From: Squalus acanthias | Taxonomy: Eukaryota | Assembly: GCA_030390025.1 (NCBI GenBank) | Contig: CM059440.1 | Span: 23,002,001-23,066,000 of the forward strand | Direction of reading: 5' to 3' | Length of the DNA: 64,000 nucleotides | Shown: in pieces, positions 35,339 through 48,164 of the stretch | How the letters are laid out: each line of letters begins with the position of its first letter | Numbering within the stretch: the first letter of the stretch is position 1 | Notes under the pieces: model-generated | Seen by the model: the letters and a program-made list of their open reading frames with translations, nothing else | What the model was told of the DNA's origin: nothing | Databases searched by the model: none | Translations under genes and position numbers: made by a program

Positions 35339-36115
35339 GGGCTAGAAATTGGCCTCCATTGCGCCTCCCATTATCGCCTCCGAGGGGCAATAACGGGGCA
35401 CTAATGACTTACCGACCGGGCGCAGCGAAAGAAACGACTTCTGCGAAATTCAATTCGGATGGGGGGGTGGGGGAGGGGGGAGGGTAGCGCTGGCTAAAAC
35501 GCCTCGACCTCCTGCGCCCCGGAGATCCTGATGTCATCCGGTGCGCATTGTCCTGTTACCGCCCCGGATCCTAAATTCGCTTCCGCCCCCTGCAGATTCG
35601 CCGGGCGGCAGCAACGGCAGCTGCAGGAGGCATCGTGACCTCGGCCGGCCGCTTGGGGAGAGGTGATTAAAGGGATTGGTGGTCAGGCAGGCCAAAAAAA
35701 TGTTCTCACCCCTTTGTGCTATTTTTAAAAAGTTTTTCATTGCTGCGATTAATCAGCCCTGCGCTCTCGTAGAGAGCTTGGGGCTGCTCCTTGTGGATCG
35801 CGAGCGCCGTCGCCGACCCATCCCCAGCCTTACCTTTAACTGCTGTGAGCATTGGCCCTTCCCTTTAAGGGAGGGAAGAAGCTGGCGAATACGGCAGCGC
35901 TGCACGGAACATTGATCAGCGCTCTGCCGATACCGCCCCCTCACTCCCTTTAGCGCTCTAAGGGAAGTGGTTAGCGCTTGATTTAGCGCTCCACTTCCAT
36001 CTTGGAGTGCTACAACTGAATTTCGCGGAAGCCTCTCATCATTAGCGCCTGGCGATAATTTTTCCGCTTCCGAAATTTTAGCGCCCCAAACAGGGCTATA
36101 GTGAATTTCTCCCCT
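35339..36115. mobile_element. Harbinger-family MITE of a different subfamily
   Basis: Ends GGGCTAGAAATT / AATTTCTCCCCT with ATA on both flanks; TTAGCGC/TTATCGCC subterminal motifs. Confidence 0.75.
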
Positions 36116-36349
36116 ATAGAGTGGGCTCTAATAAACAGAGTTATACATATTTATGAAAGTATCAGGTACAGATTAATTGCAGAGAACACATGGTCCTTAG
36201 GATTATGATGAAGGTGGAAAGTATCAGCCAGTTAATAGAAAAGACCTTTGATTAAACCACTACTCTATTCAACTTCTCAACATGTTCTCAAATTCATTCT
36301 TTTTAAACCTTTAATTATCTGTTAACTCTTTCTGTGATCTACATAGGTT

Positions 36350-37112
36350 ATTTATTTTTATATATTCGTTCATGGGATGTGGGCATTGCTGGCAAGGCCA
36401 GCATTTATTGTTGAAAATAGTCATTGCCTGGCACTTTTGTGGTGCAAATGTTACTTGCCACTTATCAGCCCAAGCCTGAATGTTGTCCAGGTCTTGCTGC
36501 ATGCGAGCACGGACTGCTTCATTATCTGAGGAGTTGCGAATGGAACTGAACACTGTGCAATCATCAGCGAACATCCCCACTTCTGATCTTATGATGGAGG
36601 AAAGGTCATTGATGAAGCAGCTGAAGACGGTTGGGCCTAGGACACTGCCCTGAGGAACTCCTGCTGCGATGTCCTGGGGCTGAGATGATTGACCTCCAAT
36701 CACCATACCCATCTTCCTTTGTGCTAGGTATGACTCCAGCCAGAGGAAAGTTTTCCCCCCGATTCTCATTGACTTCAGTTTTACTAGGGCTCCTTCATGC
36801 CACACTCGGTCAAATGCTGCCTTGATGTCAAGGGCAGTCACACTCACCTCACCTCTGGAATTCAGCTCTTTTGTCCATGTTTGGACCAAGGCTGTAATGA
36901 GGTCTGGAGCCGAGTGGTCCTGGCGGAACCAAAACTGAGCATCGGTGAACAGGTTATTGGTGAGTAAGTGCCACTTGATAGCACTGTCGATGACACCTTC
37001 CATCACTTTGCTGATGATTGAGAGTAGACTGATGGGGAGGTAATTGGCCAGATTGGATTTGTCCTGCTTTTTGTGGACAGGACATACCTGGGTGATTTTC
37101 CACATTGCCGGG
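36350..37112 (-). mobile_element. CR1-group LINE (second family) RT fragment fused directly to its 3' tail
   Basis: [37 protein letters not shown] motifs; tail sequence abuts RT at about 36410. Confidence 0.85.
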
Positions 37113-37179
37113 TAGATAACTATCCAGTACTATCTACATCACCAAACCAGGACATTCCATGGATTGAGCTAAGAAGTAT

Positions 37180-37582
37180 TTTTTTTCTTTATTCATTCAC
37201 GGGATGTGGGCGTCGCTGGCAAAGCCAGCATTTATTGCTCATCCATAATTGCCCTTGAGAAGGTGTGAGCCACCTTCTTGACAACTGAGTGACTTGCTAG
37301 GCCATTTCAGAGGGCAGTTAAGAGTCAACCACATTGCTGTGGGTCTGGAGTCACATATAGGCCAGACTGGGTGAGGACGGCAGATTTCCTTCCCTAAAGG
37401 ACATTAGTGAACCAGTTGGGTTTTTACAATTACCATTACTGATACTAGCTTTTTTATTCCAGATTTATTTAATTGAATTTAAATTCCTCAGCTACCGTGG
37501 TGGAATTTGAACTCATGTATCCAGATTATTAGTCCAGGCCTCTGGATTATTAGTCCAGTAACATAACCACTATGCCACTGTT
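37180..37582 (-). mobile_element. tRNA-headed SINE sharing its 3' tail with the second LINE family
   Basis: Head TGGCATAGTGG..GAGTTCAAATTCC; tail matches the LINE ends at 36355-36408 and 37610-37700. Confidence 0.75.
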
Positions 37583-37607
37583 CCCAAGCTAAGTAGTATC
37601 CTACTAC

Positions 37608-38903
37608 TTGATTCATTCTCAGGATATGGGTGTCACTAGCAAGGTCAGCATTTACTGCCCATCTCCAGTTACCCTTGAGAAGGTGGTGAGCCTTCTTCTT
37701 GATCCGCTGCAGTCCACGTGGTGAAGGTACCTCCACAGTGCTGGTAGGTAGGGAATTCCAGGATTTTGAACTGCAACGATGAAGGAACGGTGATATATGT
37801 CCAAGTTGGAATGGTGTGTGACTTGTAGGGGAACTTGGAGGTGATGATGTTCCCATGCACTTGCTGCCCTTGTCCTTCTAGTTGGTGGAGGTCGTGGGTT
37901 TGGGAGGTGCTGTCGAAGAAGCCTTGGTGAGTTGCTGTAGTGCATCTTATGGATAGTATACACTGCAGCCACGGTACGCCGGTGGTGGAGGGAGTGAATG
38001 TTTAAGGTGGTGGATGGGGTGCCAATCAAGCGGGCTGCTTTGTCCTGGATGGTGTCGAGCTTCTTGAGTGTTGTTGCAGCTGCACTCATCCAGGCAAGTG
38101 GAGAGTATTCCATCATACTCCTGACTTGTGCCTTGTAGATGGTGGAAAGGCTTTGGGGAGTCAGGAGTAAGCCACTCGCTGCAGAATACCCAGCCCCTGA
38201 CCTGCTCTAATAGCTACGGTATTTATGTGACTGGTCCAGTTGAGTTTCTGGTTAATGGCGACCCCCAAGATGTTGAAGGTGGGGGATTCAGCGATGGTAA
38301 TGCCATTGAATGTCAAGGGGACGCAGTTAGACTCTCTCTTGTTGGAGATGTTCATTGCCTGGCACTTGTGTGGCGCGAATGTTACTTGACACTTATCAGC
38401 CCAAGCCTGAATGTTGTACAGGTCTTGGTGCATGCAGGCATGGACTGCTTCATTATTTAAGGAACTATGCAATCATAAGCGAGCAGCCCTACTTCTGACC
38501 TTATGATGGAGGGAAGATCATTGATGAAGCAGCTGAAGATGGTTGGGCCTAGGATGCTGCCCTGAGAAACCCCTGAAGCGATGTCTTGGGGCTGAGATGA
38601 TTGGCCTCCAACAACCACAGCCATCTCATTTGTGCTAGGTATGACTCCAGCCACTGGAAAGTTCCCCCGCCCCCCACCCCACTATCCCCATTCACCAGTT
38701 TTACTAGGGCTCCTTGATGCCACACTCAGTCGAATGCTGCCTTGACGGCAACGGCAGTCACTCTCAACTCACTTCTGGAATTCAGCTCCTTTGTCGATGT
38801 TTGGACCAAGGCAGTAATAAAGTCTGGAGCCGAGTGGTCCTGGCGGAGCTCGAGCTGAGCGTCATTGAGCAGCTTATTGGTGAGTAAGTGTGGCTTGATA
38901 GCA
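37608..38903 (-). mobile_element. CR1-group LINE (second family), degraded 3' portion with tail
   Basis: GVSQGSILGP, AYDC, QAWADK.QVTFAPHKCQ, MEYSPLAW, HSLHHRRTVA motifs. Confidence 0.85.
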
Positions 38904-39589
38904 TTATGAGCTACTGAATCAATAATTCACCAGGCTGTGCATTCAGAGAGTTGCTTGTTTTGGTTTGCTTTCTGCATCATTTTTCCAGTCACATACTACT
39001 CTATTGTTTGACGCTTGGAAGCTTTACAAAATAATAGAGAACTTCAGTATCCAAAGCCCTTGCCTTTAGCAGTCTGCAGTTGCTCTAATGGCTCTGAATT
39101 CTGATTGAGTAGCACTAGTATCAATGAGGTGGGAGCGTGAAGCACTATCCACACCTCCTTGCACCGTTAGTGATTAACTTCAGGGCAGCGCGCTTTGTAG
39201 CAAGCAGAAACCAAAAAGGAGGGGGAAAAAAATCACATTTGAACTATTTAGTTATTAGTTCATAGACTATTAAAGTACCTTTTACGTCAATGAAAACATT
39301 ATCAGTTAGGGCATGTCCTTGCTGCCCAGGAATTCAGAGGAGTTGTGCCCTTGGCAGCAGGCCATTGGTGTGTGCCGTTATCATTTGGAGCAAAAAAACG
39401 CCTACAGGCACAAAGCACCCGGAAGTAGCTGTAAAACAGTTTGAAATTACATTTTAATGAGATTAGTCCAGGGCTGGGAATTTCCTTCGAGCTGCTCCTG
39501 CTCCTCCACTGTAACATCAGGGATGGGCAATAAATGCTGGCCTTGATAGCGACGCCCACATCCCAGGAACAATTTCTTTTTTTTATTAC

Positions 39590-40615
39590 CAGAAGAGGGG
39601 CAAAGAGAGAGTATGAGAATAGATTACATAAAAGGGAACCCAGAAGTCTTTTATAAACACATAAATCGTAAAAGGGTAGTCAAAGGAAGGGTGGTACCGA
39701 TAAAGGACCAAAAGGAGATCTTCTTGTGGAGGCAGAGGGCATGGCTGAGGTACTAAATTAATACTTTGCACCTGTCTTCACCAAAGAAGGGAATGCTGCC
39801 AATGTAGCAGTAAAGGAGGAGGCAGTAGCGATATTGGATAGGATAAAAATAAAGAGGAGGCACTTAAAAAGTTGGCAGTCCTCAAAGTAGAAAAGTCACT
39901 CAGTCCGGACGGGGTCCATCCTAGGTTACTGAGGGAAGGGTGGAAATTGCGGAGGCTCTGGCCACAATCTTCCAATTCTCCTTGGATAGGGGGATGGTGC
40001 CAGAGGACTGGAGGACTGCAAATGTTACACTTCTGTTTAAAAAGGGGAGAGGGATAAACCCAGCAACTACAGCCCAGTCAGCCTAACGTTGGTGGCGAGG
40101 AAACTTTTAGAAACAATATTCCGGGACAAAATTAATTGGCATTTGGAAAAGTATGGGCTAATAAATGAAAGTCAGCATGGATTTGTTAAAAGCAAATCGT
40201 GTTTGACTGACTTGATCGAGTTCTTTGATGAAGTAACAGAGAGGGTTGATGAGGGTAATGCAGTTGATGTAGTGCATATGGACTTTTAGAAGTTGTTTGA
40301 TAAAGTACCACATAATAGACTTGTTAGCAAAATTAAAGCCCATGGGATTAAAGGGACAGTGGCAGCATGGATACAAAATTGGCTAAGGGTCAGAAAGCAG
40401 AGAGTAGTGGTGAACGGTTGTTTTTCAGACTGGAGGGAAGTATACAGTGGTGCCCCCAGGGGTCAGTGTTGGGATCACTGCTCTTTTTGATATATATTAA
40501 TGACCTGGACTCGGGTGTACAGGGCATAATTTCAAAGTCTGCAGATGATACGAAACTCGGAAATGTAGTAAACAATGAGATGGATAGTAACAGACTTCAG
40601 GAGGACATAGACAGA
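39590..40615 (+). mobile_element. Degraded CR1 LINE ORF2 fragment
   Basis: KSLSPDGVHPRLL, SQHGFVK.KSCLT, FDKVPH, QGSVLG, SADDTKLG. Confidence 0.85.
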
Positions 40616-40809
40616 TAGGTTCAGGACTAGGGCAGGGAGAATCTTGGGGAAAGCGTAGCTTGGAGGGCAAGGAGAAGGGACGGAGGCAGTTGAATGGATG
40701 ATCCCAATCTTAGTCATAAAGAAGTCAATGAGCTCCTTGCACATTGTTGGAGGTGAGGGTGGAGGGGAGGGGAGAGGTTTAAGTAGACAGTTGGTAGTGG
40801 AGAAAAGAA

Positions 40810-41420
40810 GCTTCCTGAGTGTTGTTGGAGCTGCACCCATCCAGACAAGTGGAGAGTATTCCATCACACTCCAGACTTGTGCCTTATAGGTGGTGGAGAG
40901 GCTTTGGAGAGTCAGGAGGTGAGCCACTCGCTGCAGAATATCCAGCCTCTGATGTACTCTAGTAGCCATGGCATTTATAAGGCAGTTAGACTCTCTCTTG
41001 TTGGAGATGGTCATTGCCTGGCACTTGTGTGGCACGAAGGTTACTTGCCACTTATCAGCCCAAGCCTGAATGTCGTCCAGATGCTGCTGCATGCTTCATT
41101 ATCTGAGGAATTGCGAATAGAGCTGAACACTGTGCAGTCATCAGCGAACAGCCCTACTTCTGACCTTATGATGCAGGGAAGTTCATTGATGCAGCAGCTG
41201 AAGATAGATGGGCCGAGGACACTGCCCTGAGGAACCCCTGCAACAATGTCCAGGAGCTGAGATGAATGGCCTCCAACAACCACAACCATTTTCCTTCATG
41301 CTAGGCATGACTCCAGCCAGTGGAGAGCTTTCCCCTGGTCCCCATTGACTTCAGTTTTACTAGGGCTCCTTGGTGCCACAATCGATCGAATGTTGCTTTG
41401 AAGTCAAGGGCAGTCACTTG
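40810..41420 (-). mobile_element. CR1-group LINE (second family) RT fragment
   Basis: [17 protein letters not shown]; similar to 36410-36850. Confidence 0.8.
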
Positions 41421-41439
41421 AGATCTAACGTCTCTACTT

Positions 41440-42122
41440 ACCCATAGAAACCGGGTGGCAGGCAATTAAAATGGCTGGTTGTACTTACACCCACTGATCC
41501 CGTTGCCTTTACGCGGGTTCCAATATGAGCAGGCGAAAAGGACACCCACACGGAAGGTAGCAGGGTCCTAATTTAAATAAGCTGATCAAACATAATTTGG
41601 ACCCAACTACAATTTTCACCGAGGCTTGCGCGGGAAAGCCATTGTGGTTTCCCCGCCAGGCCAACTTGCTGGCAGGAGGAACTTGGGCCAGAAGAAGGCC
41701 AAAAAGCTAAGTTGTTTTCATTTTTTTTTAATTTGCTTGTGGGCCAGGAGGAGCAGGAGTGCTCCTCTTGGCCCCACAAGGAAACCTTGGGCTTCCCCAG
41801 CCCCAGGCTTCTCTCCTCCTCCTCCTCCTCCTCCTCCTCCGACCACGTGGCCCACCCGACCCTTCTCCCAACCTCTTACCCTGGACTGCCAGGGCCATTC
41901 CTTCAGGTACCCGGCATTTCTCCTACCACCCAAAATCCCACTCCCGCCCGCCGGCCAGCTATCACTTCCCAGCGGGTTTGGGCGGGAGATGGACGGGGGC
42001 CCATGCAGATGAGGCCTGTGAGTTAAAATCTCCCGGGCCTCGTGCTGCAAACGGTCAGATGGTTTGCCATCCGCCTCGGACTCCGTCTGCACAACTCCCA
42101 GCTGGGAGTTAAAATCGGGGCT
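41440..42122. mobile_element. Probable non-autonomous DNA transposon
   Basis: Shares GGGCCAGGAGGAGCAGGA..CTCC core with 48165-48906 and 26240-26760; ends AAAATCGGGGCT; boundaries uncertain. Confidence 0.4.
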
Positions 42123-43748
42123 ATAGAATTCTACATCGTAGGAGAAGGTCATTCGCCACATCGTGTCTGTTGAGCCTCTCTGAAAGAGCTATCCACTTAC
42201 ACTACCCTTTCACATGTTCCTCTTTCAAATATTCATCCACTTCTCTTTTAAGCGATTATGGATTTTGGTTCTCTCATTATTCCGGTAGGAGATTCCATGT
42301 CCTAACAATTCTGAGTAAAAATCATTTTTCCTGACATTTCACTTCATACTTTTGCTGATTATTTTAAATTTATTCTCTCCAGTTGCTGCCTCACTGACAT
42401 CAGATCAAAGCATCAGCCAACTCGATTGGATTGAAGCCTGTCAGCCATCTTGGCATAACCTAGGAATAGCCTTTCATGGCCTAACACTGGGGGAGGAATT
42501 GCTATGGCCACTCTATAACAAATGAGTCGTGAAGTTTTCCTGTATTCAATGCAAGTTCCCTGGTCAATATTTCTTCTGGAATGACAAACGTAATCATAAA
42601 GACACATCACGACCAGTTCCCTGACTGTGCGTATTGGTTTGTGATGGGAGTCCTTTAATGATGTGCCAGGTTTGGGCGGATTCATATTTTACAATTGGCA
42701 CGATCTGAATTGCTGCACTCCTGTTGTTTTTGAATATCTATTGAGCCATTTTCGAAAATTAAGCCCATTGCCTTGAGGGTGATTTGTTATAGCTCTGGGC
42801 TGTAAATGCAAATTTACAAGTTGGATTACTTCTCAGCACTTTGGTGCTTCATTCGGGGCACCCAGCCATTCAGCAATTGCCAGCTCTGAAATGCCCGGGT
42901 TCACTTTTCACTGTGGAAACGCGATCTGGCCAACATTTTCAATTCTCACCAAGTCTTTCTTTTGGAAGATTCGACATGTCGTTAAGAGGGACTCACTGTA
43001 ACTGGAGTGAATGTGAGTGATGCCGGTACAAATAATAGATGTGTTTATCCAAACTGTACACTGCCTGCTTTTAAATTACTTTCAATTCTGTGTGAGGAAC
43101 ACAGCAGTATTATTCGCTGAGGATATTTTTTTTCTCTGAGTGTTGTGAAGCAATATGTTTCTGGATGCTGAGAACTGAGCTTGTTGCCAGTTTAATGAGT
43201 GCAAGGCATCTTTTCAGCACAAGACCATGCTACAGTTAGCAGCATAATAAAAGTTCCACTGTCACTATGATTTTTACTGTATACCCAGTATAATAACTCT
43301 ATTCTGTCAGCAGAATTTAACTACTTCTAAAGCACCACATCACACAAATGAAAAGAAGCAGCAAGCTTCACAAAGAAATTCTGTTACTTCATCTACAAAA
43401 AATGCATTGCCTCATGTTGATGGAAATGTAACCTTTATTCTGATAAAGTGGAGCCCTGCCAAATGGGTATGTTCTTTGCATTGCTGTATTTTTCATTGTT
43501 AGAATATTAGGAAAATGTTTGGCATCATTTAGAGGAGATATCATTGCAGCCACAACACGCACTCTGAATACAAACGCTTTACATTGTCAGGCACACCCAG
43601 CAAGGCAAAGCAAGTTCAAGTGGAGAGCAAGCAAAATGTAAGCCATGAATAAGTGGTGCCGCTATTTCGTCTGAATGGTGATACAAGTTTTATATCAGAA
43701 ATGGGATCATGAATCAAAGCATCAAGGTAACACTGACGTTATAAGGGT

Positions 43749-44306
43749 GACCCTGAGCTTCCGGTTGCCTGTCACTTTAATTCTCCGCTCCACTCCTACT
43801 CTGACCTCTCCGTCCTCGGCCTCTTGCACTGTTCCAATGAAGCTCAACGTAAGCTCGAGGAACAGCACCTCATCTTTCAATTAGGCACTTTGCAGCCTTC
43901 TGGACTCAACATCGAGTTCAACAATTTCAAACCATAACCTCTGCCCCTATTTTTTTTTTCTCTCTTTCACATGATAGCTGTCGATCATTCTGCCATTGCC
44001 ATTTACACTTCATCTAGAGCCATCTTTTGTTTCTTAACTTGTCCCATTACCATCTCCTTTTGCCTTGCACCATCATCCCTTTTGTCTTTTAATCTCTCCT
44101 GCCTTCCATCCTATCACAGACCTTCCCTTTTGTTCTTTCCTCCCCTCCCCCCTCTCCCTGCCCCTACACTTGCTTAAAAATCTGTTAAATCTCCAACTTT
44201 TTCCAGTTCTGACGAAGGGTCATCGACCTGAAACGTTAACGCTGTTTCTCTCTCTACAGATGCTGTCTGACCTGCTGAGTATTTCCAGCATTTTCTGTTT
44301 TTTATT
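43749..44306 (+). mobile_element. Penelope-like element 3' remnant (GIY-YIG endonuclease C-terminus plus terminal repeat)
   Basis: 43749-43937 reads DPELPVACHFNSPLHSYSDLSVLGLLHCSNEAQRKLEEQHLIFQLGTLQPSGLNIEFNNFKP*, typical of PLE ORF ends; followed by a hammerhead-bearing repeat. Confidence 0.85.
44206..44240 (+). ncRNA. Minimal type I hammerhead ribozyme motif
   Basis: GTT-CTGACGA-A-GGGTC(ATC)GACCT-GAAA-CGTT-AAC; stem II kept by a G-U pair relative to the 3131 copy. Confidence 0.65.
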
Positions 44307-46219
44307 ATAAGGCTCCAACTGGCCTATCTGTGATAATGTGCTAACTTGGCAGTAACCCCACTTTTGGTGGAATTACTGCAAATTACAGTTTTATTCCAGT
44401 GAATTAAACAAGCATATAATAAATTAATACACAATGAATAACACACCAATTAAACCAATTATTGTGCATCAGAGGCAATTAAACGAAGCCAAACACTCAT
44501 TTACTGTCATAAATCCTAGTACATTGTCTTCGGTCCCCGATACAAACTCCGTACCTTAGCCACCGACTCTATCTCTCTCCCTCACCACTTTCTCAACGCC
44601 ATGATTTAAAAATTCTCACCCTTGTTTTCATCATTGAGAGGGGGACAGTACCTGAGGAGAGAGAACCGTTAACAATATCAGCTAACATGGGAGCCAGAAA
44701 AGGAAGTTGGGTGGTCAGCAGTTTAGGCCTGATGATCTTTTCTTAGCTTACTGGTTGAGATGAGAACACTGGACTCGTTTAAGAAACAACTCGGTGCTGT
44801 ACTGCGAAGATTGTTCGATTTGGGAATCTGGAAGAATGAGATAAAATGGGCCAAAGGACTTTCTTCATCCCAACCCACCTTGTGAACTTTCGGCAAATCA
44901 TGTGCAGTTTATCTTCATTCGCTGCCTGTGTTAGGAATGCAGCGACTAAACGTACAACTCTCAGAAAGACATCCAAAAAGAAATTAGGCCTATTATTCCA
45001 ATCTACTGCATCAATGCAGCAGTTTCTATACACTGATATATGCTAATAAATGCAAATAAATGCTAATAGATATTGCATCATAAAGTGAAGGTGGAGTAGA
45101 GAGTCATGGAGACAGATGGTCATGTTGTCCCTGCTCTACGTCTGCTCGTGGTGAGGGAGCGGTACTGAGATTGATGTTTGAGTGCCAGCTTGGCCTCTGA
45201 GTCAGAATGTCACGGGTTCAAGCCGCACTGCAGGATTGTGAGCAGATAATCTAGGCTGGCTCCTCAGCAAAGCTCCCTCTACTCTGCCCAACAAAATAGC
45301 TTTAATCTGGCCTCAAAACAGCAGCCGCCACTCCACGAGGGTGGATGTTTGATTTCACGAATCAACCGTTCATACGGCCTCTCTGAATTATTTAGCAAAT
45401 TTGTATCCGCTTTTTCCCTCAGCATTTCTCTCCTTACTCCTCTCCCGCTGGCACTACCATGCTGACTGGTCTCTGGTATCCCGTTCAATTGGCTGATCTT
45501 CATGTGTGAGTATAGACTGTGGCTGTCAACACTGGGGGGTGCATCACAGTCGTGCCTAACCCTGTGCCCTTTGAATGCTCACACATGTTCATTTTCAGCA
45601 GGGATAATTGGATTGTGATTGAAAGCAGGAACCCTGGCGCTTTAAATCATAATTTTGTTGTTTTCCGAGAGACTCTGAGCTGATAATTGTGCTTCACACT
45701 TATTATTAACGTGTGAACTTTTTGCTTGTTTGTGCTATTTTGAAGCTGTATTTGCTGTCAGCGGGCATCCTCCAACCCAAATATATCATCAGCACAATCC
45801 CTTTTCAGACTCTACTGACACATTAGAACTTGATGTTCTGATGCCACAAGATTTTCTTTACCTTGTATAATTTACATTTGGATAAATCTATACTTTATTT
45901 TGTCTGCATGATCAATCAGATCAGGATGTTGATGCTTAAAACTGAAGTCATTTTGAGAATAGTGAATGGCATTTTTGCATCTGTTTCGCAAACTGTGCGG
46001 AACATGTCAATCACAAATACTGTAAGACCTGGGAAAATATATTCAGAACCTATTCAGATTGGTGGTCACATGCTCTGAAACGTTTCTTTATTGTTATGCA
46101 TGAGAAATCTGCAGTCATCAAAGAGATGAAACAAGAGTCAATTTAGAGACCAGCCTGAGAATCACATGGTGAACTATCACCATCTATTGAACCATCATCA
46201 ATCAGTAAAAACCAGCAAC

Positions 46220-46375
46220 AATCCGTGGGATTGGAAGATAGCCAAAGTTACAACCTTATTCAAAAATGGAGGAAGGGACAAACCAATTAACTACAGGCCA
46301 GTAAGTATGATCTCAGAAGTGGGAAAATTGCTAGAATCCATCATCAGGGACAGAGTGAGTACTTGGAAAGCAAGG
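46220..46375 (+). mobile_element. CR1 LINE fragment
   Basis: PWDWKIAKVTTLFK.GGRDKP.NYRPVS..S.VGKLLESIIRD. Confidence 0.75.
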
Positions 46376-46682
46376 GGATTAAGAGAGAGAAAGATCAGGT
46401 AATCGAGGATTAAAAAGATAAAATTGTCATAATTAACAAAAAAAAGTCAGAGCAGACACGGTGGGCTGACTGGCCGAGTCATGTTCCAATATTCCTATTT
46501 CACACTTTGATGAGCACAAAATTTGCTAAAAATATTTAACAAAACGGGATTTGACATTATCCGTGATCTCTGTTGTAATAAAATGCATAAAAGCCGCATT
46601 TGTAGAACTTCCAATAAGCAAGTAATATATAATAATCATTGTCTGTGTGAGTTCGAGTAACATTTTTATATTTGATCTGCAG

Positions 46683-46952
46683 GTTATTCATTCGGATGCA
46701 TACTACTGTAAAACTATCCTCGATGATAACAGTTCCTCTGCCCTCATCATTCTCGGCTTTGTCCTAATGTCCCCACTTATTGTGATTGCCATGGTGACCT
46801 ACTGCAGCCTAGCACGCCGCCTGCGCCTCTTCCTCTGCTTCGTACCCTACTCCAGAGCCGTCTACAAAGGGATGAAGTGGACTGGGCACAACTACCCCAG
46901 CTGCTGTTGCTGCGGAAAAGAATGGGACAGCAGTTTGAAGGCTTGGGTCTGA
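46683..46952 (+). CDS. TMEM88B: TMEM88B-like, coding exon 2 (89 aa + stop)
   Basis: TTTGATCTGCAG acceptor ending 46682, phase 0 compatible with exon 1; VIHSDAYYC..SSALIILGFVLMSPL..LARRLRL; ends LKAWV*, a PDZ-type terminus like TMEM88B (AWV) rather than TMEM88 (VWV). Confidence 0.85.
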   Translation, partial: VIHSDAYYCKTILDDNSSSALIILGFVLMSPLIVIAMVTYCSLARRLRLFLCFVPYSRAVYKGMKWTGHNYPSCCCCGKEWDSSLKAWV

Positions 46953-47327
46953 CAGTGTTTTAGATGATCTGAATGTACTGCAGGCCGTTACTGCATTTGT
47001 ATAATAATCTTGTGTTCCATCTTTTGTCTTTTGCATTGTGAAATTATTGACAGTGACATTTTAATATTTAAATCGAAACAGCGTTTGCTGAAAATACACA
47101 CCCGGTCCCTCAGCATTTGTAAAGAGAAGCGAAAGATTGATGTTTTGGGTCGAGACGTGCATCAGAGTTAACTCATCATTCTGAGCTGTTGTGTATTTCC
47201 AGCAAAATCAGCTTTTTTCTTTTTAATTTTATTATTTTAAGCAGGAAAATATTTATTGCAGTCTCTTTAAATGGAACCAGTAGCCTCATGCATTTTCAAC
47301 TATTTTTCATAGCTTTGCCTGTCTCTA

Positions 47328-47627
47328 AGCTATTGGATAGTTTCTGTTACTCCACATCGATATTGTACACATCTATCTGTAATGATAGATTAAAAACCTT
47401 ACATCGGAGTGCATTAAACTGCATAAGTAAACTTGTCACACTGTAATGACACCCTCCCCCCCCCCCCAGCAGAGATACTGCAGCACTCCCACTGGTGGGA
47501 AGGTTTCATTACAGTGTGACAAGTTTACATAGGCAGTTTAATGCAGTCAGATGTAAGATTTTTAATATATTATTATAGATAGATGTGCATCATATAAATG
47601 TGGAGTAACAGAAACTATCCAACAGCT
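47328..47627. repeat. Imperfect inverted repeat with 122-bp arms (foldback/MITE-like)
   Basis: 47328-47449 is reverse-complementary to 47506-47627; 56-bp spacer. Confidence 0.9.
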
Positions 47628-48164
47628 AAATGTGGACATAGGAATTTATAATGGAAATATAAAAATAAGGAGAGAAATATATGACTTTAAAATGGGGACT
47701 GAATGACATCTACATGTCCTGGGCCAATTATCCCCCAGTGACTAACCCCTTTTCACCTGAAGGCTACACTCCCCGTGTGCAACACCAAGGGAGATAGACT
47801 TGTGTGTGCCAATGCAAAGAAAATAGTTAAAATAAGTGCAGAAACGAGGAAAAAGAGAAAACAAAAGCAAACAATTTGTGATAGCAGGAAAAGAAACCAG
47901 ATTGTGACAAGGGGCCTAAAGAGAGTGACTCTTGAGTAGAATAAGACAATGAAATGGGCAGCAGTGTAACATACAGTGCAGGGTTTAAACAGAAACAACA
48001 GCAAACAATAAAAATAGAACAGAAGGAAGCACAGATATGGAGAGGAGGAAACAAATGAAAAGTAAGCAACTGGGTTGAGACAAGAATAAAATTTCCCTGG
48101 TTCAGTTACGCGTGGCGCTACAAGAATAGTGAAGAAACAGCAACTGCTTACATGGAAGAAACAT

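Noticed and set aside
47105-47220. Third hammerhead on the minus strand
   Set aside because: Penelope-like remnant, but the cores are mutated (CTGATGC, CAAAAC)
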